Assembly (NCBI RefSeq): GCF_009914755.1
Contig: NC_060934.1
From: the human T2T-CHM13v2.0 reference genome, Homo sapiens
DNA: 64,000 bases
Strand: one strand, 5' to 3'
Shown here: positions 15,106 through 28,132 of the stretch, in pieces
Layout of the letters: each line of letters starts with the position of its first letter
How positions within the stretch are numbered: the first letter of the stretch is position 1
Position numbers and translations under genes: made by a program
The notes under the pieces: model-generated
What the model was told of the DNA's origin: nothing
What the model saw: only the letters and a program-made list of their open reading frames with translations
Database searches by the model: none

Positions 15106-16643
15106 CACTAGCTTAGTCAGGGGCTTAGCCTGAGAACATTTAAGAAGTTGAAAGATACAATATTTTAAAAATTGCCTTCCATGATTCTACCGAGGGCAAA
15201 ATTAAAGGCAGTTTACATGGTATGCAAAAATTGAGATCTGCATTTTATTCAAGTTACTGAACTTGAAAATTTAGAGAATGGTTGGCAACCTTCACCCTAC
15301 CTGGGAAAATCACTTGTTTTTAGAAAGTTAAGTAATAAATATGAAATTAGAAGTTATTCTCCACCATTGATAGCCAAACTTTTCCAATAATTTTTGTTTC
15401 TGAATAAGTTACCAATTAATAATATTTCTTTTTCACCTTCTGCTCTGATCTTGCATATGTTCCTATGGAATTGTGAGCCTGGTGAAAAGGAAAAGGCCCC
15501 TATATCTCAGAATTACTGTGTAATCAAAATATTTGAATTCTCTTGTATTATTAGTTGTATGATAATTTGTAATTCACTTATTCTTCCTGGGCCTTAGTTC
15601 CTCATCTACAAATGAAAGATTTATGGGAGAAAATCTCTGAGGTCCCCTCTGCTCTAAATGTCTTTGAATTTATTCTATTTATAAAGGCTTAGATAGCTAA
15701 CAACTTTTAAAGCTTCTTTAAGCCTTAATTTTCTCATTTAAAATGGGAATTATGCTAACATTTCTGTCTAACCTATAACCTTGTGATCAGATGAAATTAA
15801 ATGATGAGTATATGTGTGTATGATTTGATTTACAGAATCAGTAAGTATAAGGCATATTGTTTGATCAGAAATAGCATTTACAGCTCATTATGATTTATCA
15901 AGGAAGGGTTATTCATTCATTTTGCAAATATTTATTGAGCACTTATTATGAGCTGGATGCTATTCTTCAGGCTGAGGATACATCAGTGCATAAAAAAGAG
16001 AATTCCCTGCCTTTGTGGTAGCAGTTTCTTCACTTTACCTGGAAGCGATGCACCTGGTTTGCTGTAGGAATTTCCTTTCACTGCTGCTGTCTCTTGTTCC
16101 TCAAACGGTGACGAAAAATAATGAATTCCTAATTAGCAACTCCTAATTCACTAGGGATTCTGGTTGTCACTTTTCTTAGTTATGAGTTTTCGGTTAAGAG
16201 TTTTTTGATACACGATGGCGCTGCTGATTCATCAGTGGTCGTTTGAGTTTTTTTCAAGAGTGAGAAGGGATTTACATCACTCTTTCCATGCTCTGATATT
16301 TTTATGTGATTCTCTCTGTTGCCAGCAGTATGCTAAAGTAAGGTGGTGCTCTTTTGGGGCTAAGCATGCAGTACCTGAGAAAGATCAAAGTGACTTGAAC
16401 TGTTTGGAAAGTACCCTGACCTTAATCTTGTTAGCTTTGGTGCTTAGTTTGTTGAGCTTAACCATTAATACCAAAATAATACTCATGCCAGACTTTAGTG
16501 AAAAGGCAGATGGCAAGACTGAAGGTAAATGAATAAGTTATTAAACATGTCATTTTTGAAAAAGGATCCTCATTCCCTTATTAGAAAGCATTATTGAACT
16601 TTTGCTGTCACATAATGCTAAGGACATGTTTTCTCTTCCTTAG

Positions 16644-16719
16644 CTTATTTGTAGAAAAGCTTCCTAACCATCGAGATTACCAGCAATGTGCAGTACCTGA
16701 AAAGCAGGATATTATGAAG
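16644..16719 (+). CDS. STAMBPL1: STAMBPL1 exon 4 ([25 protein letters not shown])
   Basis: ttttctcttccttag acceptor, AAG|gtattg donor, 76 nt, phase-consistent. Confidence 0.96.
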
Positions 16720-17537
16720 GTATTGTGGGTTTTCTTCTCCACTGTGGAATCAAATGCTCCATAAGTATCCATTATTGATTCACCCTTCCCCTTCCTCCCC
16801 TTTCTCTTTCTCTTGAGAGTTTGAGCGCAAGAAATTCATTCCATTAACTATGATGTTTCGATTTTTTCTTAGACATTTAATGATCATCACTGAGCCAGTG
16901 TGGTTTGTCTAATTGATGCTGGGGGAAAAGAAAGAAATACGTTACCTAATAGTGTGAGGAAGGAATTATTTTACAATAATCTCTCCCAGAGGTTAAGAGA
17001 ATGTTGTGTATTTCTGCGAACTTCTTTCAGATGGTCATTTTGGCTGCTTTTGATTATTTTATACAGCCCTGAACTCAATAACTGTTTGAAAATTAGTGTT
17101 AGTTATTAAGGCAGCCACAAAGTTCTAGCTATTTACATCTTATAGGACTGGAATTATAGATTAGAAAGTGTTGTGGGGGAAGCAGGAGGTGGTAGACTAA
17201 AATACTATAAAGGAAAAAGAGTGTTGCAATTTATCATCAATTTTTTAATGATTTATCACCAATAATTGCTATATCTATAATTTTGGTTATGTCTAGCTGT
17301 GAATATATTCTTTTAAATAAACATTTACAATGTTTCCCATTTATTTGTCTTTAATAGTTTGTGTTGGTCTTATATGAAGGAAGATAAAATCATGTACACA
17401 AAGCCAATTGTAGCATGAAATTTTAAATAATTTTTGAAAAACACTTTACCAAATAATGAAATAAAGGCTTTCCTATGAGTATTTTCAGACCTGAGGATGC
17501 ATAAGCAAAATGCAGATTTTGTCAAATGGTCATCTAC

Positions 17538-17841
17538 ATTATTTATTTATTTATTTATTTAGAGTCAGAGTCTTGCTCTGTCACCTAGGCTGGAGTGAAG
17601 TGGCGCAATCTCGGCTCACTGCAACCCCCGCCTCCTGGGTTCAAGCAATTCTCTGCCTCAGCTTCCTGAGTAGCTGGGATTACAGGCACCTGCCACCATG
17701 CCCAGCTAATTTTTGTATTTTTAATAGAGATGGGGTTTCACCATGTTGGCCAGGCTGGTCTTGAACTCCTGACCTCAAGTGATCCACCTGCCTCTGCCTC
17801 CCAAAGTGTTAGGATTACAGGTGTGAGCCACCGCACCCAGC
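17538..17841 (-). mobile_element. Alu (AluS) with (TTTA)n tail
   Basis: Reverse Alu consensus. Confidence 0.95.
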
Positions 17842-18857
17842 CAACTTTTTTAATGTCTACAGTCACTTACCTGAAGTATCATTTATTATCATGTCTTTGT
17901 GTAACATTTCCCCTCAGTTCTCTTGTTCATTCAACCTCAGAGAGTTCTGTTTGGAAACCAAAGGTACCAGGCTGTCACGGTGACTCATGTACTATAACTT
18001 AGGGTTATGCTTATTTTTTTTGTAGGAGAAAAATTCTCCAAAACCATATACATTTCCCTTGTTTATGCTTATTGAATAGATATATGAATAAATACATAAA
18101 TGAATGACAAAGGATTAAGAGAATAGAAATTTGGTGAAAGAGCTAGAGTCAGGAGACTTGAGTTCCAGTCCTAAATGGGCCGCTAGCTGGTTGCATAATA
18201 CCGAACAGGACTTTCAGTCTCTCCAGGCCTTTGTATCCTCAACTCTAAAAAAGAAGAGGTAGTTGGACTATATAAGAATTCCCAGATTTTCCTGCCATTA
18301 ACGATCTCTGAGGAAGCTGTTTGAGATCCAGATTCCCAGACCCCTTCTCTACAGGTGTTAATTCAGTAGATCCAGATTAGGCTTGGGGGGGTCTGTATTT
18401 TTATAAAAAGTGCCTCAGCTATTCTTTTTACAGTCTAGCATGTCTGGAAATCCCTATCCACCATATATTCTCTCACATCCCTTCTAATTCTGATGCTACA
18501 TGATTTATGTACTATAGAACAAGTCATTGATCTCAAACTCACTGCCTAAAAATGGGGTACCACAAAGGTAGCCACAAAGTTCTAGCTATTTACATTTTAT
18601 AGCATTGGGCTATAACAAAATGCTTATCCAATCAGTGGGGCCAATAAAGGTCTTACAAAAGGGATAATAGTGTTTCTTTCCTGCTGGAAAGTTATATTTT
18701 GGACCCATAAAAAAGAGATTTATTTTTCTGCCATCATCTTTGGTTACTCATGACTTTATTTGCAGTATACCTACCAGCTGTTTTTCTTTCTCACCTGATG
18801 ATCTGAAAGAGTGTATTGAAAATCCCACTAATCAATATGTATATATATTTTTAAAAG

Positions 18858-18953
18858 AAACTGAAGGAGATTGCATTCCCAAGGACAGATGAATTGAAAA
18901 ACGACCTTTTAAAGAAATATAACGTAGAATACCAAGAATATTTGCAAAGCAAA
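18858..18953 (+). CDS. STAMBPL1: STAMBPL1 exon 5 ([32 protein letters not shown])
   Basis: tttttaaaag acceptor, AAA|gtaagt donor, 96 nt. Confidence 0.95.
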
Positions 18954-20032
18954 GTAAGTTCAGTTGGTACATTTATTTCATGACTATTTTATGTACAAGT
19001 ATTTTTTGAATTTCATTTTTATGTGATGAGTTTTTCAAATGTTTTGTGCATTTAAATTAAAAATTAAAGATGCAGTGATATGGAACCAATAAAAAATTTA
19101 TGCTGATATCCAGGTTAAGCAGTTTCACCAACAATGTGGTATTTCTATTTCCCTACAATATCTAACAAAGCAATGTGTTAGAAAACAGATTTCCTGCAGC
19201 GATTTAAGTAGAACTTTTTGATTAACTCTTGAGCCAGATAACCTTGAGCCAGATGGCTGCTCTTTTGCCAGATGAACAGCCAGTAGGAGGTAGGGAGAGC
19301 AGTATATGGTTTCTGATGTGCCTAATGATGTAGGCCTTAGAAATGTGAATTTGATTCTTAGAATGTTACAGTCAGTATTGCATTGAGATAGAATAACAGC
19401 TAACCTTGTGGTTGAAATGTAATCATATCACCCAAAAGTGGTGGCTTCTGGATTGTTATTAATAAAGAGTGAACATTATGATAATGTCTGAGAGGCAGAA
19501 AGGCATTGGAAGAAGAAATTGGCCAGTGAATGTATGGGATACTCACGTTCAACATAGCATCATTATAGATGTTATTTTGCTTTTTTGTTTGTGTTTTATT
19601 TGCTTTAGGGGTTACCACCTTCACTGACTCTCACTTCAGTTCAATCTCATCATCTCTGAGAATGCTCATTGAGCTTTTTGACTTTCTATGGGCATAGGTG
19701 GAAGGCTGGCTTGAGTGGAGAGTTTTAACGAAGTGGTAGAGGGAATGGTGAAATTGGAAATGTCCCTCAAGTGTGTATATTAATAATGTGACTTGAAATA
19801 TGAAAGATAGAAATTTTCTTGGAGGGTAAGACAAAGCAACAACAGCAAGGGAGACGAAAGCCCAGTTCAAGTCTCCTTTCCACGGTCAGCAATGTGTATG
19901 ATCTTCCTCTTCATGATCTTCCTGGGAGGAACAGGCTCTGCAGCTGTTGCATGTTTTGCCTTTGATACCAGTCACTTCATAGCCTACAGTGGTGACCCAT
20001 GTGGGAATCTCTGTGGGTTTAGAATAGCAGGA

Positions 20033-20210
20033 CTGAGCCTAGGAGAGATAAACAGCAATGCCTGTGAGCCCTTGCTTCACCAGCATTAGCATCATTTGGA
20101 AGCTTGTTAGACACGCAGAATCTCAGGCCCCACCCCAGACCTGCTGAATCAGGATTTGCAACTGCAATTAGCCCCAGGATGATTTGTATGCACCTGAATG
20201 TGCCACTATA
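20033..20210. mobile_element. MER5A-like DNA transposon relic
   Basis: gcagaatctcaggccccaccccagacctgctgaatcag core. Confidence 0.7.
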
Positions 20211-20495
20211 AGCTGTGTCCCCCATGCTACCGCCATCTTACAGTAGCTCCCAAATCTAGTTTCTATCAAAATCACCTGAAAGGCTCATTAATATTTCATA
20301 TTATCTGACCTAATAAGCCTGGATATTTTGTTAGAACTGGAGAGCTTGGGACTCCTCCTTTTTAGCAAAACTCTGGGTTAGTGGTGACAGAGAAGGTTGG
20401 AACACATTTTAATAACCATTTTTTAGTGATTCCTTCTTATCCATAAATTTCCAGCAGAGTATGAGTTCTAGAGTCAAATGCGAAAGGTTCTAGGG

Positions 20496-20700
20496 CAGCA
20501 CTGTTCAATAGAACTCCTGTGATGATGGAAGTGTTCTGTTTGGCACTTTCCAATATGGTATCCACTAGCCACATGTGGCTTCTGGGTACTTAAATGTGAC
20601 TGACTAGTGTCCCTGAGGTACTGAATTTCTAATTTTGTTTAATTTTAATCAAGTTCAAATAACCACATGTGGCTAGTGGCCACTATATTAGAAGTGCAGT
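20496..20700. mobile_element. MER3/MER33-like DNA transposon relic
   Basis: cagcactgttcaatagaac start; internal inverted ccactagccacatgtggct / ccacatgtggctagtgg. Confidence 0.75.
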
Positions 20701-21042
20701 AGGGGTGAGATATTTTGTTTCATATGGTCTTGTTGGTCTGACTGAGCAAACAACCTTGACGTTGATTTTCCAGTATTTAAAAGCATTAGGGAATGAAGGG
20801 ATCCTGATTGTCATGGCCTGTCTCTGGTAAAATATCAGTGGATTTAGAACTGCTATGTTAATCAGATCAAGGGGCTTTTGCCCTGATGTTATGTATTTCT
20901 CTCACTGTTCCATGAGTGTCCCTGTGGGCATATCACAGTATCTAGCATTTTCTCTGTCTGCTTGAAGACTGAAAATGTCTAATTCCAGTTCAATGTTTCT
21001 CCTTGGAAACTAACCTTCTCTTCTGGCTGCCACACTTTTTAG

Positions 21043-21400
21043 AACAAATATAAAGCTGAAATTCTCAAAAAATTGGAGCATCAGAGATTGATAGAGGCAG
21101 AAAGGAAGCGGATTGCTCAGATGCGCCAGCAGCAGCTAGAATCGGAGCAGTTTCTGTTTTTCGAAGATCAACTCAAGAAGCAAGAGTTAGCCCGAGGTCA
21201 AATGCGAAGTCAGCAAACCTCAGGGCTGTCAGAGCAGATTGATGGGAGCGCTTTGTCCTGCTTTTCCACACACCAGAACAATTCCTTGCTGAATGTATTT
21301 GCAGATCAACCTAATAAAAGTGATGCAACCAATTATGCTAGCCACTCTCCTCCTGTAAACAGGGCCTTAACGCCAGCTGCTACTCTAAGTGCTGTTCAGA
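21043..21400 (+). CDS. STAMBPL1: STAMBPL1 exon 6 ([20 protein letters not shown]...TLSAVQ)
   Basis: Branch point-like ctaac at ~21010, ctttttag acceptor, AGA|gtaagt donor, 358 nt; ORF 21073..21408. Confidence 0.97.
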
Positions 21401-22475
21401 GTAAGTGATGAAATGCACCCATGTGAGACACTGAGCCTCATCGGATGGAACCATATTTCTATAGCATCTGGGAGGGTCCTTCTCATTTCATTATTAATTG
21501 TAGTAGGACCCCTGCATAATATGGTATGAATGAAAGAATTAACCTTTCAATACTCTCTAGCTTTTACTATATATAATCTTAAAATTCAGGAAATATGATG
21601 CCCCCGATAGAGCAGAGACTCTATAATAAATGGGAAGTATTTTGTCATTGACAGAGGTTTTAAATGAGAAGAATTTCAAGTACTTTTGTCTTCTATGTAT
21701 TTTAACTAAGAAATACATACATCTTAAATACATCCATCTTTCTGGGGAGAAAAGGTGTGAGAAAATTGTTTATCTAGACCTTTGCTCAGCAATAAATGTT
21801 TATACTCAATATGTTTAGCATCATCCTTGGACTGAGAGAATCTCATACACATAGATAATTAACCTCCAAATGGACCGTGTGTTTCCGCAAGAATTAGTGC
21901 TGCTCAGTACTGCCAGATCAGTGCTGGCAAGTTTCCAAAACACAGAATTCTTCTTCGCAGACACTGTCAGATAGAATTTGTGTTCCCATTTATTTGAAAT
22001 GAGCGATAATAGGCAACCATTTTGAAAGTTACTTTACTGCTGATTGTTTACCAAAACGTTGTGCTTTTACTTACTGATCACCAACTTTCATGAAGATAGA
22101 AGTAACATGATAAACACAATATTTATCTATGTCTTATAGGATATGAGATGCATTCTATGCAGCCTATGCATTTAACCCTATATTTGCTTCATGCCTAAAG
22201 ATAACATAACATGTAAATAGTTAACCCAAGATACAAACATGTAAAAGTGCTTGTACCTTCTGATTTTGCTTATAAAATAATTTATATACATAATTTAATT
22301 TTACTTCTAGTTAATGTTTACTTCTAAGAGTTTTAAAATAAAATATGGAAAGTGGAACACCTGATACTTTTATTTTTGAAATTTATGTCCAACTGCAACT
22401 GTTTGCCAATAACAATTTTGAAAGATGGGACATATAGTTTGTTTTTTAGCCTTTTCTCCCTTTTTTGTTTCTTAG

Positions 22476-22600
22476 ATTTAGTGGTTGAAGGACTGCGATG
22501 TGTAGTTTTGCCAGAAGATCTTTGCCACAAATTTCTGCAACTGGCAGAATCTAATACAGTGAGAGGAATAGAAACCTGTGGAATACTCTGTGGAAAACTG
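22476..22600 (+). CDS. STAMBPL1: STAMBPL1 exon 7 ([16 protein letters not shown]...[11 protein letters not shown]), start of the MPN/JAMM domain with the catalytic Glu
   Basis: Long polypyrimidine tract + cttag, CTG|gtatga donor, 125 nt. Confidence 0.97.
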
Positions 22601-24621
22601 GTATGATCTTTTTATATAAATATATATATATATATATCTGCATAGGATACTTTTAATAGTACTAGATTTCTTCTGATAAGTGGAACAGAATAAAACCATG
22701 CTAAGAGTTATCAATATTATGAAATTAACGTTACACAGATTAACTTTATAAAACTATTGTCATTACTAATGGAATGATCCTTTTAGAAAATAGATTGTAA
22801 AATTTCAGAGACACTATAAAAACTTGTCCTAAAGAATCAACCTATAAATTAAATCTTTGATTAGAAAAATGGTACGAAATATAGGTCTTCAGATTTCCAA
22901 ATCTATCTGGTTGCCAAATCAAATTTTCATTGTAATTGTTAGTTTCACATACATTCATATAATTAACTTCATCTGTGGCATGTATTATCTTGCTGTTCTT
23001 TTTCAGATACACGTGGAATAAAACTAGGATTTTGTAGTTTCCTTTAGTTTAAGGCAGTAGTTTCAACAAAAGCCTATAAGCACAGGACATACTTAATTAT
23101 GGAAGATGTCATCATAAGTATGTGATGAAAGACAATGTCATAATAGAAGGGATGAAAGAGAGGAGATGCATTCAATTTCCTATCTACAACAGAGATAATG
23201 TTTCTTTGGACGTGTCCTTTCATAGTCTGTTTTGAGTACCAGTTTATATATCTGGGTCCAGGTATATTTTCAGTTCTCAAAATTTAGCTTAGGAACCTCT
23301 GCTTTATTGAATAATAATACATTGTATTCAGTACACAATCTCCTGCTGCATTCCAGTGTTTTGTCATCACTTTCCCTCCAAGAGATAGGAAGCCATTGGT
23401 GGCAGCACAGGAGAATGGGCATCTATAGTCGCCTCTGTTGCACTTAAGGGGACAGTGTGCTATTGAAGCATTCACCCCCACATCGTGTTGTATTCAGATT
23501 GGTTGACTGATTCGTTCACTCCATTGTCAGACAAACATTTACCGAATATCTAAATGTGCCAGGCACTGTGCTGGTTATTAGCATTTGGTATCCTGCAACA
23601 GCCACGGTCCCTGCCTCACGATGCTTACGATGCTGTGAAGACCCAGACAGATGACTAATAATAAGTGGGGCTAAGTGCTGTCTGTGCAAGTGTAGGGCAT
23701 CATGGGAGTTTGTAACTGGGAAATCTAACCTTGTCTGAGGGGTCAAGAAGGGTTTCCCTGAGAAGTGATGTTTGAGCTAGGCCTGAAGAATACATAAAGG
23801 AGGAGGTTGGATGGAGGGAAGAGTTGAAATCAGGGCAAAGGAGCAGTGCATAGTGTGCAGGAAAGCCCTAAGGCTAGAGAGAGGATGGTCCTCTGGATGG
23901 GAGAAAGGCCAGCCTGCCTGGGGGAAGATAGCCTCTCATTGCACAAACATCTGTTCCTTGAGGATCCCGTGGCACTTCACAACCCTCTTCCTCTCAACTC
24001 TTATCTTTTGCCTAAGGGGGGTAATTTGTTTTTTCCTTTCTCTTTATCTGATTGCAAATCCAAAACATTATCTTAATTACAGAAGATCCTAGTAAGTCCT
24101 CCCAGCATTCGAAGAATGTCTTAAGTCTTGAAGTGACATTAAATATAATTAGTAAAACAGAAACAAAACCATCAACCTTCACAACCCTAAGAAATGCCTT
24201 TTGGTAACACCACAAAATTATTTAACTAGTGTCTCCCCCTCCAAATAAATCTGTCTTTGTTTTGTTCAGTTTTTCCATTATAGATATATCAAGACATCAT
24301 TTATTAACTAAACTTCCACAGACCAGCCTGGAATGCAAGTTCCTATTTCTGTTATGTTTTCTATTGTGAAACTGGGTTTCAAGCTACAAACAACTGATTC
24401 TCAAAGTTTTGGCAAAGAATCCATTTTTACTGTTGGGACTTTGTTTTTGAATTGGAAAGGGTGGTGTGTCCAGGTACAGGGAGGGATGATGTAAGTGGTC
24501 CCTGTACCTGGACACACCCCCCTGCTGGGGGACTCTTTAGTCTTAAACATTTCATTTCCTGTTCAGTTATTTTTTTTTTTTCTGTGAGATGCATGTCATT
24601 CTTTCTGCTATTGTTTTTTAG

Positions 24622-24759
24622 ACACATAATGAATTTACTATTACCCATGTAATTGTGCCAAAGCAGTCTGCGGGACCAGACTATTGTGACATGGAGAATG
24701 TAGAGGAATTATTCAATGTTCAGGATCAACATGATCTCCTCACTCTAGGATGGATCCAT
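24622..24759 (+). CDS. STAMBPL1: STAMBPL1 exon 8 ([22 protein letters not shown]...LGWIH)
   Basis: ttgttttttag acceptor, CAT|gtacgt donor, 138 nt. Confidence 0.97.
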
Positions 24760-25678
24760 GTACGTTTGACCTTTTGGGTTTCAGTTTTTTTGTGTGTGTG
24801 GCATGCTATTTTCCTCCTTGAAGAAAAGTTTAGCTTCATTTAAATAGCTTCTTCTTTTTAATTTTTTCAAATGTAATAAAGGTTGTCATTTAAGTAGTGG
24901 TTCTCAAGCAAAGAGAAAAGAATAACAGATATTAAAAAAATAAAGGTCATCATATTATAGCATATTTTTCAGTGTTAGACTGTGCCTAAACCTGTCAAAT
25001 CTGGATTTGGAGAACGTGTATCTTATGCTTTTTTGTATCATCTGAAGTTAAAAGACATAGAAAGAAAGCGAGTAACATTTGGAAATCAGTGATTTGTTTT
25101 AGATGATTTTACATAGCCTAGTGAAGGCTTAGCCAAATTGTTAACTGATTTGGCTAGACAACTGTTAGTGTGGGTCTAAATTAGATTATTTTAAGAAAAT
25201 ATCTGAAAGTGTTTCTTTTAAACATGTGTTTGTATATATCAGCCACACTCCCTGACACCCCTCAGACAGGCAAACGATGTATGGGATCACTGTACAAACA
25301 GCCACATAGTAAGGCAAGAGGATAGGGCCCAAAACATTGAATTCCAACATCCACCAGGCCATCATAGGAGCAAATCAAGTAGACATGAGGTTAAATCTTG
25401 GCTCTGGTAAGAATTCACTATAGGAGCATTGGCAAGTTATTAAGCAATCCGAGCATCAGTTTTATCATCCATAAAGTGGAGATCATAATAATTGACTTCA
25501 CAGGATGTTTCATATTAAATGAGATACTATTGGTGAGTTTCATAGCACATTTTTTGAGGGACTCAGAAAATTGTAACTGTTATAATTGGTGATAATAATC
25601 TATCCTTTCTAGCCATAGTGCAATCCAGCTGAGGGAAGTTTTTTCCATTCAGTCTTACATAAGCTGGATCTAGGATAA

Positions 25679-26072
25679 TGTCTTGGTGTGTTTTTGCTGC
25701 TATAACAAAATGCCTAATACAGGATAATTTAAAAAGAACAGAAATTTATTTTGTCTGGTCTTGGAGACTGGAAAGTCCAAGATCAAGGCACCAGCATTGA
25801 TGTCTAGTGAGGGCTGCTCTCAGCTTCCATGAGCAGCCTTCACTACACACCCATGGCACCTTGTTGCTGTGTCCTCACAGGGTGGAAGGCAGAAGGGCAA
25901 GAGAGCACTCCCTTCAACCTTGAGCCCTTTCACAAGGGTCTTAATACCATTCACTAGAGTGGAGCCCTCATGATTCATCACCTCCCAAAGACCACACTTC
26001 TTAATACTGTTGCATTGAGGATTAAGTTTCATCGTGAATATTGGTGGAAACCCCACCATTCAAACCATAGCA
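25679..26072. mobile_element. MST-type MaLR solo LTR
   Basis: tgtcttggt...tgctgctataacaaaat start; cattcaaaccatagca end. Confidence 0.75.
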
Positions 26073-26223
26073 TGTTAGGATAAGCCATCCCACTGAGATG
26101 GGATACTGGCCAAGAAAATTTCCAGGACACATTCTGGGGACCTCCAAGTGCCCTTGAGGAATGATACATGATCATTTTGTATTTTACTTGCTTTATAGAG
26201 AAGCACTGGGGAGGAGCAGCATG

Positions 26224-26267
26224 CACACACACACACACACACACACATACACACACACACACACACA
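26224..26267. repeat. (CA)n microsatellite
   Basis: Visible in sequence. Confidence 0.95.
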
Positions 26268-27783
26268 TTTCCTAAGCATTTGGTATTATGCAGTTCTGGA
26301 GGGTACAGGAGACTTTAGTCCCAACTCTTCCTGTAAATTACTATGTGCTATCAGTTAGGACTTCTAGCCTCATTTCCAGATTTCCTCATTGACTGAGTGA
26401 GGCTAATGAATACCTTCTCTCCTCACTGGATTTCTGTGAACAGGAAACAAGATACCAGGTGTGAAAGCTCTTTGAAAAGTATAAACTGCCTGTCAAATGC
26501 AAGAAATTATTTATAATGAAGAGTTTGTAAAACTCTTCATATGTCTATTTGCGTTACTTAACAGTGAGTAATATGCATTACACTTTGCCTGGAAATTGCT
26601 ATATTATTTAGCTTAACATGATTTCTATAAAAAGAATGCCTTATTTAGCGTAACATGATTTCTGTAACAAGAATGCATTTTAAAGCAAAACAAATTCTAG
26701 CAAGAATGACAGTCCATTAAATTATGCATTTACACTGACAAGTCAATGTTAGTTTATCTAACAAAACATTTTCCAAATTAGAAACAAAAATTTTCCCCTT
26801 ATGACCTACCGTGGACATAATGCATGCAATTATGAAGGTAAGTTGTTTAATAAGTTTAGCATAATTCTTGAATTTTAGGACTTTTTGTTAAACTCATTTC
26901 ACCGTATCAAATTATTGTGGTTGGATGAAAATACAAAAATGTTACATTTCTAAACCTAAGTGATTGTAATGACTTTTTATGACGGTTTTTATTAAGTATA
27001 ATAATAGCAACAAATTCCAGAGCTGGCTTTTTTCAAATACAAATTAGTCATAGGAATAAAAGGTCTGAAACATAGTCAGACAGACATGTATTTGACTTTA
27101 GACATTTTGGTTTAACTAGTTTTATGAGCATCAGCAAGTTACTCACTTTCCTGCTTACCTCAGTTTCCTCATCTGCAAAATGGGGATTATAATAGTACTT
27201 ATCTTGTTGCTGTGAGAATTCAATGATATGACTCATGAAAAGTGATTAGTTCACATTATACAGTTGCAATAAATGGCATCTGCTGCCATTGTTATCATCA
27301 TCATCATCATTTTCATTTCTGTAGAGTGAGGGAATGGGAGCCTCATTCTCCCATGGGAAAACTGTCCTAATTGGAATGGACATAATTCCTTTTGGTAGAA
27401 ATGAAGGACTCAGGTCATGTGGTGTGCATTCTGTGTTCAAATAACTTGACAAGCAGAGTGATTTGTCTGTTTAATAACCTGCTTGCTGCCTCCACAGCAC
27501 TGTGGTTTCTTTGAACAATTTTTAATTTCTCACGAAGACATAGACGGCTCTATTTTACAAAGAGAAGGTATTCCTTGTAAGATAACAGGCTGTCAGATAC
27601 TCCCACTCATACCCCCTACTGAAGATTTGCATTTTAAAAGTTAGGATAATTTCCATTCCTTTGTTGATCTAAGTTTTTATATGCCAAGTGTTATTTTTTC
27701 CTTGCAGAACATGTACCTTTCTGTAAATCATCATCTGATTTTACCTTCATTCTATTAAAGCCGAAAAAAAACGTTGTCTTGCC

Positions 27784-28132
<349 letters not shown>

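Noticed and set aside
16215-16532. 105-aa intronic ORF with a good Kozak ATG
   Set aside because: Splicing from the 16338 donor to exon 4 would be out of frame, and no homology was recognised
20560-20685. Inverted repeat ccactagccacatgtgg
   Set aside because: Intrinsic to the MER3/MER33-like element
25130-25156. 9-bp inverted repeat tagccaaat...atttggcta
   Set aside because: Short enough to be plausible by chance in 64 kb of AT-rich DNA
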